DNA of 63,479 bases, the filler included, from Octopus bimaculoides (Eukaryota): NCBI RefSeq assembly GCF_001194135.2. It is 3 parts of 3 records of this genome, joined end to end, with 100 filler letters (N's around TTAATTAATTAA, not from the genome) between each part and the next. Parts side by side here need not be neighbours in the genome. Positions count along the whole stretch, not along the records: positions 38,046 to 63,479 come from NC_068982.1; 2 more parts are not named here. The stretch is one strand, 5' to 3'. Of the stretch, positions 38,107 to 51,385 are shown in pieces; position 1 is the stretch's first letter, and each line of letters begins with the position of its first letter. The translations under genes and the position numbers were made by a program. Under the pieces are notes generated by a model. The model was not told the DNA's origin. It saw only the letters and a program-made list of their open reading frames with translations, and did not search any database.

Positions 38107-38900
38107 CTTTTCCCAGGGCCCCCTAGAAGAGGTGACTGTTTTTATCCTCAGACTCGTGAAGTATCTAGAATGGTAGAACAGACAAATCTCCGCTGAAGCC
38201 AACAAAGAACCAAGTTGTTGTGTTAAACTGAACGACCGAATAAGTGCGCCTCGAAGAACAAGAACATTGCACCCAATCGGCTTCCACGCTGTTTTGTTCA
38301 ATTAACTTCATTCGCACGTTTTCAATCGACTTGAGGTCATCTTGGGTAATGTGAAAAAGGACGAAGACAACGATATTTGTAGGACAGAACAAAAGAAAGC
38401 AATCTTAAAGGAGGTAGATGAACAGAAGCACGTAAAATTTTCAAGTGTATAGGACAAATAAACCAGGAAGCTCTCTATGAAGGTACTGAACAAATTAATA
38501 AGGTTAAGACTACATTTATAATAAAGCAAAAAGATTTTCACCACGAAAGACAAAACACTGCACAAAAAAAAAAGAAAACAAACTGAGACGAGTAAAGTTT
38601 TGACAGTTGCCTTCTATGGACAACGTACAGAGCAAAAAGAAAAATTTGTAGATGCCTTTGAGATGTAGATCTTCCTAGATTAAGCAGAACTAGTTGCAAA
38701 GTCAGGGTTTAAAATGTTGTCGCTCACTAGCATCGACCCCGAAATTAAACAGCAGCTAAGCCAGCTTCGCAACCATACAACCATGCATACGCCCCAAGGT
38801 AAAATGTATGCGACTAATCTTACCAAACCCACAGCACGGTATAACATTTAAAACATTTATATGAGAATTTGTGTTTCTTTCCTGTTTAGAATTGTTTTAG
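38107..38900 (-). promoter_or_regulatory. Candidate 5' exon or promoter of the minus-strand gene
   Basis: Unique CpG-retaining sequence just beyond the edge of the CpG-poor block, with donor GAAAAG|GTAATG at 38106-38105. Confidence 0.25.
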
Positions 38901-39001
38901 ATCAAGACTAAATATCTCTGTTTTGTGTCGAACTAATTAATTCATGGGTTCTGCAGTGTTATGCATAAATGCCACTGCGTGTGCGCATCTGAATGTTTGT
39001 A

Positions 39002-39058
<57 letters not shown>

Positions 39059-39615
39059 NNNNNNNNNNNNNNNNNNNNNNNNNNNNNNNNNNNNNNNNNN
39101 NNNNNNNNNNNNNNNNNNNNNNNNNNNNNNNNNNNNNNNNNNNNNNNNNNNNNNNNNNNNNNNNNNNNNNNNNNNNNNNNNNNNNNNNNNNNNNNNNNNN
39201 NNNNNNNNNNNNNNNNNNNNNNNNNNNNNNNNNNNNNNNNNNNNNNNNNNNNNNNNNNNNNNNNNNNNNNNNNNNNNNNNNNNNNNNNNNNNNNNNNNNN
39301 NNNNNNNNNNNNNNNNNNNNNNNNNNNNNNNNNNNNNNNNNNNNNNNNNNNNNNNNNNNNNNNNNNNNNNNNNNNNNNNNNNNNNNNNNNNNNNNNNNNN
39401 NNNNNNNNNNNNNNNNNNNNNNNNNNNNNNNNNNNNNNNNNNNNNNNNNNNNNNNNNNNNNNNNNNNNNNNNNNNNNNNNNNNNNNNNNNNNNNNNNNNN
39501 NNNNNNNNNNNNNNNNNNNNNNNNNNNNNNNNNNNNNNNNNNNNNNNNNNNNNNNNNNNNNNNNNNNNNNNNNNNNNNNNNNNNNNNNNNNNNNNNNNNN
39601 NNNNNNNNNNNNNNN

Positions 39616-39651
<36 letters not shown>

Positions 39652-39656
39652 CACAC

Positions 39657-39699
<43 letters not shown>

Positions 39700-40292
39700 T
39701 ACATATATACATGAAATGTATATATATATATATGCATATATACATGGAATGTACATATATATATATTGAATGTATATGTGCATATATATGTGTGTGTGTG
39801 TGTACATACATAGTACATACATACATACAAACATACATACATACATACATACATACATACATACATACATACATACATACATACAGGAGTTGGCTTGGCA
39901 AAGTAACTTTGTCTGACATCGCATGTTGGTTGAAACTGAAATAATTACATCGTGGAAATGTTAGCCATTTAAAATTCACACATGCTCCTATATTCAGTTA
40001 AGTATACTTTCTTATTCTAATACAGTAAACTATAAAATGTGAAAAGGTTTTGTCGTATATCGGCGGCCCCACACAATTCCGTTGTATTTAATGTCTATAT
40101 GAATCATTCACGATACAATTGCTATGCATGTGATCTTGTCTGTGCGCGCCCGCGTGTTTACGTGCATGAATGCTGATGCAAATATATACATACACAAATG
40201 CATGTTTGCATATATTACTATTTAATAAGAGTTTGATTCGGTTCCATGCAACGTAGACACACCGACAGCGGTTGTCAAGGACACACAAATAA

Positions 40293-40327
<35 letters not shown>

Positions 40328-41234
40328 NNNNNNNNNNNNNNNNNNNNNNNNNNNNNNNNNNNNNNNNNNNNNNNNNNNNNNNNNNNNNNNNNNNNNNNNN
40401 NNNNNNNNNNNNNNNNNNNNNNNNNNNNNNNNNNNNNNNNNNNNNNNNNNNNNNNNNNNNNNNNNNNNNNNNNNNNNNNNNNNNNNNNNNNNNNNNNNNN
40501 NNNNNNNNNNNNNNNNNNNNNNNNNNNNNNNNNNNNNNNNNNNNNNNNNNNNNNNNNNNNNNNNNNNNNNNNNNNNNNNNNNNNNNNNNNNNNNNNNNNN
40601 NNNNNNNNNNNNNNNNNNNNNNNNNNNNNNNNNNNNNNNNNNNNNNNNNNNNNNNNNNNNNNNNNNNNNNNNNNNNNNNNNNNNNNNNNNNNNNNNNNNN
40701 NNNNNNNNNNNNNNNNNNNNNNNNNNNNNNNNNNNNNNNNNNNNNNNNNNNNNNNNNNNNNNNNNNNNNNNNNNNNNNNNNNNNNNNNNNNNNNNNNNNN
40801 NNNNNNNNNNNNNNNNNNNNNNNNNNNNNNNNNNNNNNNNNNNNNNNNNNNNNNNNNNNNNNNNNNNNNNNNNNNNNNNNNNNNNNNNNNNNNNNNNNNN
40901 NNNNNNNNNNNNNNNNNNNNNNNNNNNNNNNNNNNNNNNNNNNNNNNNNNNNNNNNNNNNNNNNNNNNNNNNNNNNNNNNNNNNNNNNNNNNNNNNNNNN
41001 NNNNNNNNNNNNNNNNNNNNNNNNNNNNNNNNNNNNNNNNNNNNNNNNNNNNNNNNNNNNNNNNNNNNNNNNNNNNNNNNNNNNNNNNNNNNNNNNNNNN
41101 NNNNNNNNNNNNNNNNNNNNNNNNNNNNNNNNNNNNNNNNNNNNNNNNNNNNNNNNNNNNNNNNNNNNNNNNNNNNNNNNNNNNNNNNNNNNNNNNNNNN
41201 NNNNNNNNNNNNNNNNNNNNNNNNNNNNNNNNNT

Positions 41235-41455
41235 TTTGTCTTGAAGACCTCAACATCCGTGTCTTGCAGGTCTCTCAAATGTTTTGGCAGGGCATTGAAG
41301 AGCTGAGGTCCTCTGAAACCGAGGCTGCTGCAGTATCTTGTTCTTATGTGAGATGCAGTGGACGGTACCTTTGGCACCATGCAGTGGCGACCCGTGCGGA
41401 CATTCCTGTAGTACTTGATGCCAAAGTTCGGCACCAGTCCTTCCAGTATTTTCCC
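41235..41455 (-). mobile_element. CR1/L2-type LINE ORF2 C-terminal fragment
   Basis: LEGLVPNFGI...SLGFRGPQLFNALPKHLRDLQDTDVEVFKTK. Confidence 0.7.
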
Positions 41456-41480
41456 TATGTATATTATTACATATCTCTCA

Positions 41481-41516
<36 letters not shown>

Positions 41517-42379
41517 TGTATGTATGTATGTATGTATGTATGTATGTGCGCAAGTGAGACTATATATATTCTTTTATTCTTTTATTCTTTTACTTATTTC
41601 ATTCATTTGACTGCGGCTATGCTGGAGCACCACCTTGAAGGGTTTTAGTCGAAACAAATCGACTGAAGGACTTAATTTTTATGCCTTGTGCTATACTATC
41701 GACCTCTTTTGCCGACCAATGTGTGTACATATATATATGTATGTATATATATATNNNNNNNNNNGTGCATATGTATATATGTATGTGTTTGTATGTACTC
41801 GACTATCCATATACCAACATATCTAAATAGCAGTGTTTGAATGAGAAAGTGAATGCGCCTACAAATAGAAGACAAAGGGTTCAATACTAAATATCGATTT
41901 CTGTAGCTGCCTCAGTGTAATTTTGTCATAGTGATTGGATGAGAAGATAAGGTGGAATGGCTTCTTGTTAATATTGTGAAGAAACAGGTTAAGAGTGGAA
42001 ATGTCATGTTTGTATGAAAATAGTAAATTGATGTTTAGTTGTTGAAAGACGGGCAACGGAAATAGTTTGAAGTGATGGGTGTATGTTAGCTCGGTGAAAC
42101 GGCTAGCCGGAAGTTTAACACAGTTTACTACATTATTACTTTTTCTACGCAACTACATTCTTCGCTTTTAACTTCACATCAGCACGTACATATGTTTGTG
42201 TGTGTATGTGTGTGTGGGGGGGGGGTAGAAAGGTATGTGCTTGACGCTTAATCACAAGGATGTGAGTTCGAGTCTCATGGATTGCCGGTAACGAATTCTT
42301 CTGCAATATATGGATAGTTTATCCTGTTCATGGTATTGTATTAGCATTATCATGCGTTTGAGAATAAATTATTTCTGTA

Positions 42380-42785
42380 TCTATCAATACATCTCAACGC
42401 TTCTAAAGCAAACTTTGTTTACTTTCATCTAAGTTGAATACACACGCACACGTCAAGGTCACCAGCCCTCTTCCACACTCACATACATGCTCTGTTATAC
42501 ACACGAACGCGCACCTTCGTTTTGGGATCACCACTACTTTATTATCTCCCCTTCTTCCTAGCTCTCCTCTGTGACTTCTCTGTCCGGCATTCGCCATGAT
42601 AGATCACTAGCCACGACACATTCTTTATTTTCTCTCCTTGTTTCTTTCTGTGTTCCTTTCTGCGGAAGAGCGTAGGCTCGAAACGTTAAAGATTTTTCAC
42701 TTCCCGAGCGTTAAACTAATACATCTGTTTGTTGTCTACGCCACCTGTCTTCGTCTTTTGTTATTTTTTGTGAATTCTCCCCTAC

Positions 42786-42786
<1 letters not shown>
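42380..42786 (+). mobile_element. Penelope-like element end with hammerhead-like motif
   Basis: ctttctgcggaagagcgtaggctcgaaacgttaaag at 42656-42691; ends in (TA)n; shares ttcc(c)gagcgt..a.taa.aca.tctgt with 13125-13160. Confidence 0.55.
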
Positions 42787-42841
<55 letters not shown>

Positions 42842-44862
42842 TAAAAGTTTAAAATTATGAATTAGAAAAACATCTTTAAAAGTTTCAATTTTAACAAATT
42901 AAAATGTTCATAACAGACAAATTTAGAATTATGAATTAGGAGGACAGGTACAGGAATTTCAATGTTGACAAGTTTAAATGTTCATAGAAGTCAATAATAT
43001 TAAAACTGTACATCAATTTATTTGAATGTACAAAGCTCATTAATCGATCACTACAAATATTAATGAGCTTTGTACAAAAAATATTGTTGAAACTAGCTTG
43101 GTACATATGTAAATAAATGTATGTTAAACAATTACAAGTTTTCCAAATTTAGGTGCATTTTCAACAACAAATTTGCCTATATTTTTTCCTGTGTGGAAAC
43201 ACACCTCCTCTTTTATTTTATATATATATATATATACTCTCACATAAATACATAAATATACTTACATATATATACGTACATACACACATGTATGTATTAT
43301 GTATGTATGTATGCATGTATTACCTGTACTTATACAATTGAAGCGGTAAGTAAAATCCAGGCGATCACCTCAGTACCATTTCATGTAGGAACTTGGCTTA
43401 GATCAACTATTAAAGGGACACTTCGCCAAATAAAGGTATGTATTTCAAGTAGGTATGTTATAATCCTCAGAGATTGAAAAGCAATAATTTTAGTTGAGGA
43501 AAAGATAACTTGAACCAATGTTACGTAAACGAACGACACCATTTCCATTTACATATAACGTCGTACAATTCATGCAATAAACTTAGTGTTCAGTCACTCC
43601 TTCAGACATCATAATTTGAATCACAATCATGATTGTGGTATATATAATTACTTTCGGTCAAAATTTCCGGCCATGCATTTTTATTTGTTTTATTGGTTTC
43701 GTCAGCAGGTCAGTGGGTTAATGGAGAGTATTCCACAGAAACCTGACCCTTGAGGTACACTATTTTTTTTCACACGTTTTCACAGTTCTGTTAATGGTTT
43801 GTTACTGTAATTACCTAATTGATACTGTTAGTTGCTTAATCAATTATCTTTATAATCACAGATAAAAATCTATAATTATAGTCAGAATATAGTATCAACC
43901 TATTTCTCATTAGTTCGTCGTAGATGTTTTCTTTCTCACTTATCTTTGGCACTACGCTAACATATACTAGGCAAATGATTTCTACTACATTGCGAGTGCT
44001 CTCCTTTCAGTCTATAATCAATGTGTGTGGACTGAAACGCATACAGTTTGCCGAAGATTTTGACAGGATCTTTCAATCGTTATTATTTCATATTATGAAA
44101 GGCGGCTAGCTGGTAGAATCATTAGCACACCCTGGCAAAATGCTTAGCGGTATTTCGCCCATTTGTACATTCTGGGTTCAAATTCCACCGGGGTCGCTTT
44201 TGCCTTTCATCCTTTCGAGGATTATAAATAAATTACCAGTGGCACAATGGGATCGATGTAATCGACTAGTCTCCTTCCCGCAAATTTCAGGCTTTATGCT
44301 TTTAGTAGAAAGGATTATTACTTCATATTATGATTATACTGTATATGCTCTTCGCATTAGTATAACTTTTCATAATTTTGCCTTCATGACTTTCAGAAGA
44401 TTGCATTATATAACGTTTTGTTCTAGGCATCGTGACTCATACGTAAATAACATTGTGATTACATTTTTGAACAACTGATTATAATGTGGGTGGAATTTCT
44501 GGTGTTAATCAACAGAGAGTTGTTACTTATCTATCCTTCTTTCAACGTACTGTTATCATTTATTGTGCATTAGATATTTTGTTGCTCTATCCTCTTCTTG
44601 GATTGCGAAAGCTTACACTTAAAGTATTCCATTAATGGCTTGTATATGTAATCTTCTAATTAGCTTTCTCCTTTCTGATTTTCTGAAGCCTAATTTCTCA
44701 AGATTGATGGTTAGGCAGTTTAAGTATTCTAGTGCCCAATAACTACAGGTATTATAAACCTTAGCTTGCAATTCGGGTAGATTTCTCAATAATCCAGCGT
44801 AGGTGTTTTCTTTGTCGCTGATCTTTAGCTTTATGTTGACATCCGCTGAGCAACTGACTTTC

Positions 44863-44894
<32 letters not shown>

Positions 44895-45079
44895 GCGTGT
44901 GCGCGTGTGTGTGTGTGAATGTGCGTGTGTGCACGTAGATATGTATGTATGTATGTATGTATGTGTGTGTCCACGCGCGCATACATGAAGGTAAGTTTGG
45001 CATGTAGGTTGGTACAAATGTATGTCTATGTCTATCCAGGTGCGTAAGTATATACGTAGAAAGAGAGATAAGTAAGTAA

Positions 45080-45127
<48 letters not shown>

Positions 45128-48100
45128 GTTGTTAGTTGGTAGCAGTTAGGTAGGTAGGTAGGTAGGTAGGTAGGTAGGTAGGTAGGTAGGTAGGTAGGTA
45201 GGTAATGTAAGGTCGTAGCAGTAGGAAAGTGAAAAATTAACTACCAACGGAGTAAAATAATCTTGAAATGGCTCAGTCCACATAGCTTTACATAGTATAC
45301 ATTCGTACATGTCACTAGGGTAGCACGGGAGCACTGTATAATTCATGCGTATTTCTTGCGTTACTAAGTTCAAGTTTTCCTTTAAACATGGATAACGAAA
45401 CTCCATAATGTTGCAGTAATATAACTCAGACCTATAAAACCGTATCAATTTCTTTAATGGATGACGTGAGAACTTTAGTGAAGTTCTTCGCCTCGAAGGA
45501 AAAGTACTGGGGTCAACGTAAGATCGATGAATTGGCAGGTAGGCGGCTTCAGACGCTGCAATACGATGGCCTCTATTTAGAATGCTAGGCTACCTTTGTT
45601 GTAACTTGACGATTAAAGCAAATAAGTTACCAAAATATCACAAAACTTTTGACTCCACACAATATATAGTGCAGATACAATGCGGAATAAATGGACATTA
45701 CAGGAGAAACAACGTTTGACAAGCAAGATATTAGATTAATGAATTAATGGACAGTAAAAAATCACAACGTTTCGGTCATTAGACTCCGTCAGAAGAAAGG
45801 AAATGAAAAGCACAGGGGGAGTGAGAAAGGAAAATAGACAGGAAAAACGGGCGAAGTTTTTGAAATTGGGGGAGAATGCTCTTCTCTGGGGGAGCTAAGA
45901 TGCGAGAAAGAGGCGAGAAGGTAGATGCAATTATATACATGTTATTTGAGGATGTATCTTTGTGTGTGTGTGTGTGTATGCATGCATGTACGCATACGTA
46001 GACAGCGTGAGAGAGGCAACTGATGCTGCAGCAAATTTTGAAGTTTATTTACTGTTAATATATATTTAGTTTTAAAACATGAACGATGTTTTTTTTACTG
46101 ATTGCAAAGAGAGCGCTTGCTTTTTCCTTCTTGACATTGATACTATACTAGGTGTATGTTAAGTATTTAGTGCATGTTGATGTTTGTAAGCGTTCTGATG
46201 ACATTTTCTCTTTGTTAACTTCATGACTTATAAATCCACTTATAAAACGGGTCACGGCTAACGTGACCCAGACAGTTAAGTATATATAATAAAACTTCTT
46301 AGAAAACTGGGTTAGCCTTTTGCGGTTGTGTATAAGTCGAATGAGGAATCGATACTGATCATTATTCAAAAATCCAGCAAGGAGCCAAATTCAGAGTAGT
46401 CCGTCAACTTTTGATTTAATAAGCGTATCTATTCACTTGAGTGAACGTATTGAGTTCTATGTTAGTCAATATTTCCATTATGCAATATATGTTTGATTCA
46501 ACGATTGCATCACGATATCTTTTAGCATTTATGTGTTTCCTTGAACTGCAATCATACGGGGCATCGTATTATGCATATGCGTATGTATATATATATATAT
46601 ATATATATATAACGAAGTAAAGTTGTAAGATACGAGTAGAAATATATATGAAAGAAGGTTTGAAAACGCAATTTTAAGGATGTTTATTCACTTTACCGGT
46701 TTCACTTTTTTAGAAAAAAATTGTCAAAAGTGAAATATAAAGCTTTATATAAACTTTGTAGTGTTAAGTACAGGTTGTCACAAAAGTATTAAAATACATA
46801 CATACATTCTCTGATAATAATAAGAAAATGTTAAAAACAGTTTAACTATTAAAATACATATATTTAAGAATTTACAAAATATTGGAGAGGAACTGACCCA
46901 TCTTTTTTGTGTGTAGCTATATATATATAAACGTAAATGTCGAACAACGAGAATGAGTGCTCAACACCGCACCAATAGTTAAAATTTCTCTATTTGTCTA
47001 TTAAGTCTACCATCGGTTTCATATTAAGAAAATTAAATATCTTAACAATTTTTCAAGCAGATANNNNNNNNNNNNNNNNNNNNNNNNNNNNNNNNNNNNN
47101 NNNNNNNNNNNNNNNNNNNNNNNNNNNNNNNNNNNNNNNNNNNNNNNNNNNNNNNNNNNNNNNNNNNNNNNNNNNNNNNNNNNNNNNNNNNNNNNNNNNN
47201 NNNNNNNNNGAGAGAGGCAGAGACACAGAGAGAGAGAGAGAGGTAGAGATAGAGAGAGAGAGGTAGAGATAGAGAGAGAGAGAGAGGCAGAGACAGAGAG
47301 AAAGAAGTAAAACACAAAGAATGGAGAAGTAAATATTCTTTAATTAGCTTACACACATGTCAGATAGATTAGCATTTTAAAATTCTGTGAAGCAGTAATC
47401 ATGCATATTAATTAGTCCCATATTTTTTGCAACTAGGATTCTACAGAGAAAGAGAAATTTAACATCATCCTATCCTTATCAAAGTTATACCACACTGCTG
47501 AGAATAAAGAATATTTTAATGGAGATAGATAATAGAAAAGCTAACAATATTTGATCGCAGTAAGAGGTAATAGAGATATTTCAGCAGGCCTACTTAGGAA
47601 TAGCATTTATCACATCATTCTGGAAATATATATTACTTAGTTTTCTACATTCCACCTGTTAATTTGAAAGCTTATGGCAAAGTTCCAACCGCATTCAAAC
47701 TATTATTTGGTCATTCAATAGACAGAGAAGGCATGTAGGACCAAGCTATTCAACAGATAACAATGGAAATGTCATTTGATCAGTAGAAAGTCGAAATATT
47801 AGTCGAAGACAGCAGAATTAATGAGAACTCTCAAGTAAAATAACCGATAAATTATTTACTAAGGAAGCTATTCTATTTCAAGAGAATTATTTTCCTTAAA
47901 ACAATAAATATCAAAAATTAAAATATGATTAAAACAAATTAAGATATAAAATTAACAAAAAATAAAGCAAAAAAGAAATAAAGATTGATAATAAAAAACT
48001 AATTAGAAGGTAATTGGAACATATTAAAAATAAATGAAGTAATTAAAAAATTAAGCGATCTACGTGCTGAATTTAAAAGGCAAACCCAACCTATTATATT

Positions 48101-48749
48101 GGGATACACTAATCCATGCTCCATTTAATTGGGAAAGTTTTAAACGTTCTTCTATGTAAATGTGTACATATTAATATTAATTTAATTTAAAGTCTTCATG
48201 GGGTATAAGTTGTATTTTACTTTACTCCCATTATACGGTAGTGTACAAATTATAGACCATAAAATATCGTACCTAATATTCTTCACTTTGAGGCTCCAGA
48301 CAAATTTATTAAAAGAAATGGAGTTTTTTTTTCCTATGTTTAAAAGAAGACACGTAATTATATCATCGTGACTAAAAGTTAGTTGCGCAACCACATACAT
48401 AATAATTAGTATATTTTCCTTTTGTTACTGTACATCTGTAAACTGTCTTTTTTCTTAAAATATTGGTTATCTGACGGGTATTTTAGATAATTTTTACAAT
48501 TACGTAAGCCTATTCTGGAGAGATTCTTCATTGGATTTCCCATTCCATTTATTGTCAATATCATTTGCTGAGCTAGGACGTTCTTCTGTATTAAAATATG
48601 ATACATTTGATATATACATGTTTTCTCTATTCGAACTACATATTTCAGATTCATTAAATATAAACTTAATTTGTTTCATATTACTATAGTTGATATTTTC
48701 ATTGTTTTTATGATTATTATTATAATTATTATTACCATTATTGTTATTG

Positions 48750-50835
48750 CCTTTGCACAGCTTCGAACGCTGGAGATGTACTACAGTGTCAGCTGTTCAC
48801 TACCAATGAACTAAGGTAACACCTCTTATTTTTCGGGCACCTTCGGGAGTATTCGAGTAGTTCCAAGCAGTGCTGTTTTCTACAAGTGGTCCACCCTTAT
48901 TGCAGCCCCTATTTGTTCCACGTACTTCTCGAGACTTTTGCTCACTGTTTCCAGGGCTCCGACTATTATTGGTACTACTGCTACAACTGCTTAACTTCCC
49001 AAGCTAACCTTTCATATCTCTCGACTTTTCTTTCTTCCTTATCGCATACCTTGTTGTCAGCTGGGCATGCTATATCTATGATCCAGCATAGTTTGCTTTC
49101 TTTCTCAATTAAAACTATGTCCGACTTCCTATTCTCTATCATATGGTCGCACTGAATCATAAAATCCCATAGGATCTTTGCATTTCTGTTTTCCACGATG
49201 CCTTCAGGTTTGTGGTGGTACCAATATTTTGCTCTCTCAAGTCCATACTTGTTGCAAAGTGTCCAATGGACAAGCCTGGCTATATTGTCGTGGCGTCTCT
49301 TATAGTCCTTCTGGGCTAGTGGCGTACANNNNNNNNNNCAAGCCTGGCTATATTGTCGTGGCGTCTCTTATAGTCCTTCTGGGCTAGTGGCGTACATTGG
49401 CTGGTAATATGCCATACGGTTTCACCGTTTTGTCCACAGATTCTGCATTTATCACTCTCTGCTGTTGTCTATTCTGCTTTATCTTTGCAATCTTTCATCC
49501 TACACAAGCCCGACCTGGCATTTTTACACACCATGCTATGTTGTTTTCTTCTGCTCTAATGCTGTGTTCGCATCCAATAAGTCCTCTTCCCCGTCATTAT
49601 CTTGCTTCATACAGTGTGTCTGTGTCACTTTTTGTGTGGAGTGACCCATATCTAGTTAGCAACTTCCTTGTCTTTCTTTCTAAGCTGTTTAGTTAGTCTA
49701 CTGTCCATATGATTACCCCTGCTCCATATCTAAGGAGCGAAACCGCCCAGGTGTTGATAGCTTCGATCTTATTCCGTCCATTTAATTTCGACTTAAGGAT
49801 CAGTCTCAATCTGCGCAAGTACTTCACCTTAAGTTTTTCTGTCATTTCTTTCTCCATCAATTTATCCATTTCCAAAATCCCCATGTACTTATAACCCGTC
49901 TCTACTATCTGCTTCATAACCTCCCTCGACGGTATCGTTAGCCCGTCCATACATTTGATTTTGCCTTTCTTCAAGACTAACACACCACACTTTCTCAGTC
50001 CGAACTTGATTCTGATATCAGCAGTGAAGGTATATATCGTATGAACAAGAAAACTGGCTTGGGCTTCATCTTTACCATAAAATTTGAGATCATCCATGAA
50101 TAACAAATGGTTGATTTTTTGTTGGCGGCTTTTGAATACATACCCAGCTTTTGCTTTCCTCAGAATCAGTGTTAGTGGTATCAAGCGCAGTACAAAGATC
50201 AGTGGGGACAGGCAGTTCCCTTGGAAGATGCCCTTCCTAATTTCTACTGTCCTTAAACTTCTTCCGTATGCTGTCAGATCTGTCCTCCAATTCGCCATAC
50301 TTTTTCCAAGCAATCGCTCAACATTCGATGCAATACCAAATAGGTTCATACACTCCATAATCCAAGAATGTGGGATCATATCGTACGCCTTACGATAGTC
50401 GATCCATGACATGGCTAAGTTACTTTTTCTCCTCTTGCAGTCTCTAAGTACAGTTTTGTCTATCAGGAGTTGATCCTTGGTACCTCTGCCCTTACGCTTG
50501 CAACCCATCTTCTCATGTGGCAGGACTCCATTTTCTTCCAGATGTTCGTACATTGACTCTGCGAGTACTCCAGTCAATAACTTCCACATAAGTTGCAATC
50601 AGGATATCGACCTGTAATTGTTTACCGATGTTTTTCAGACACAGCACTATCCTACGCAATGTCAACCCCTCTGGTGCTACTTGGTTGGCATTCAATAAGG
50701 TGTTGAGTTGCGCAGCTACCAAATCTTTTTATCCAGTAGCCTTGAGCTCCATCTGGTCCGGGGCCTTCCAGTTGCTCATTTTTTGCTAATTTCCTTCACA
50801 TCCCTAACTGAAATGACTAGTTCTGTCTGTTTGGC
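48750..50835 (-). mobile_element. R4/Dong-clade non-LTR retrotransposon (RT, CCHC, restriction-like endonuclease), 5'-truncated
   Basis: WKAPGPDG; [13 protein letters not shown]; [10 protein letters not shown]; [11 protein letters not shown]; CRICGQNGETVWHITSQC; RKSDIVL..IIDIACP..KVERY; 3' end abuts a degenerate (TAA)n. Confidence 0.9.
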
Positions 50836-50907
50836 TTAGCTTATCCTTATATACAACATCCATCTCTCAGGTTTGAAAATGGAGACCGCATCATCGCTAC
50901 ATATGCT

Positions 50908-50997
<90 letters not shown>

Positions 50998-51042
50998 ACT
51001 TACACACATCCCAACAGGCTTATCACAAAATTCACCAGTCTC

Positions 51043-51385
51043 TCTCCTATAAACTCTCACACTTCCTCCTGCTTTGCTTTCAGTTATGTTCACTCTATCA
51101 ACAGATTTTTACTCAGATGAATTGTTTGAGCTACTGGAATTATTTGAGAAACATTCACAAAGTCTTCATAGCAACACAGTATTTTTTCCTGTTATTCTGT
51201 ATTCTTGACACTTCCATAATGTTCAGTTTATCTAAACATAAATATTGTTAGAAAACATTTGTTTTACCATCTACGGCAATGATGCTTATATTATCTTCAC
51301 TGGAATTATTAAAGACAAAACAGTATTGTTTCTGTTTAATATCTTCTATGTCTTTCTAAACAGTCCGAATATTGTAAATCCATTT
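51043..51385 (-). repeat. Unclassified interspersed repeat, second copy at 53510-53812
   Basis: Shared ctctcctataaactctcaca...ctaaacagtccgaatatt.taaatcca; each copy lies next to a pyrimidine microsatellite ((CT)n or (CTT)n), consistent with a purine-rich retroposon tail on the minus strand. Confidence 0.6.

Noticed and set aside
49272-49395. 57-bp direct duplication inside the Dong element
   Set aside because: The two copies flank a 10-N gap exactly, which indicates an unmerged contig overlap.
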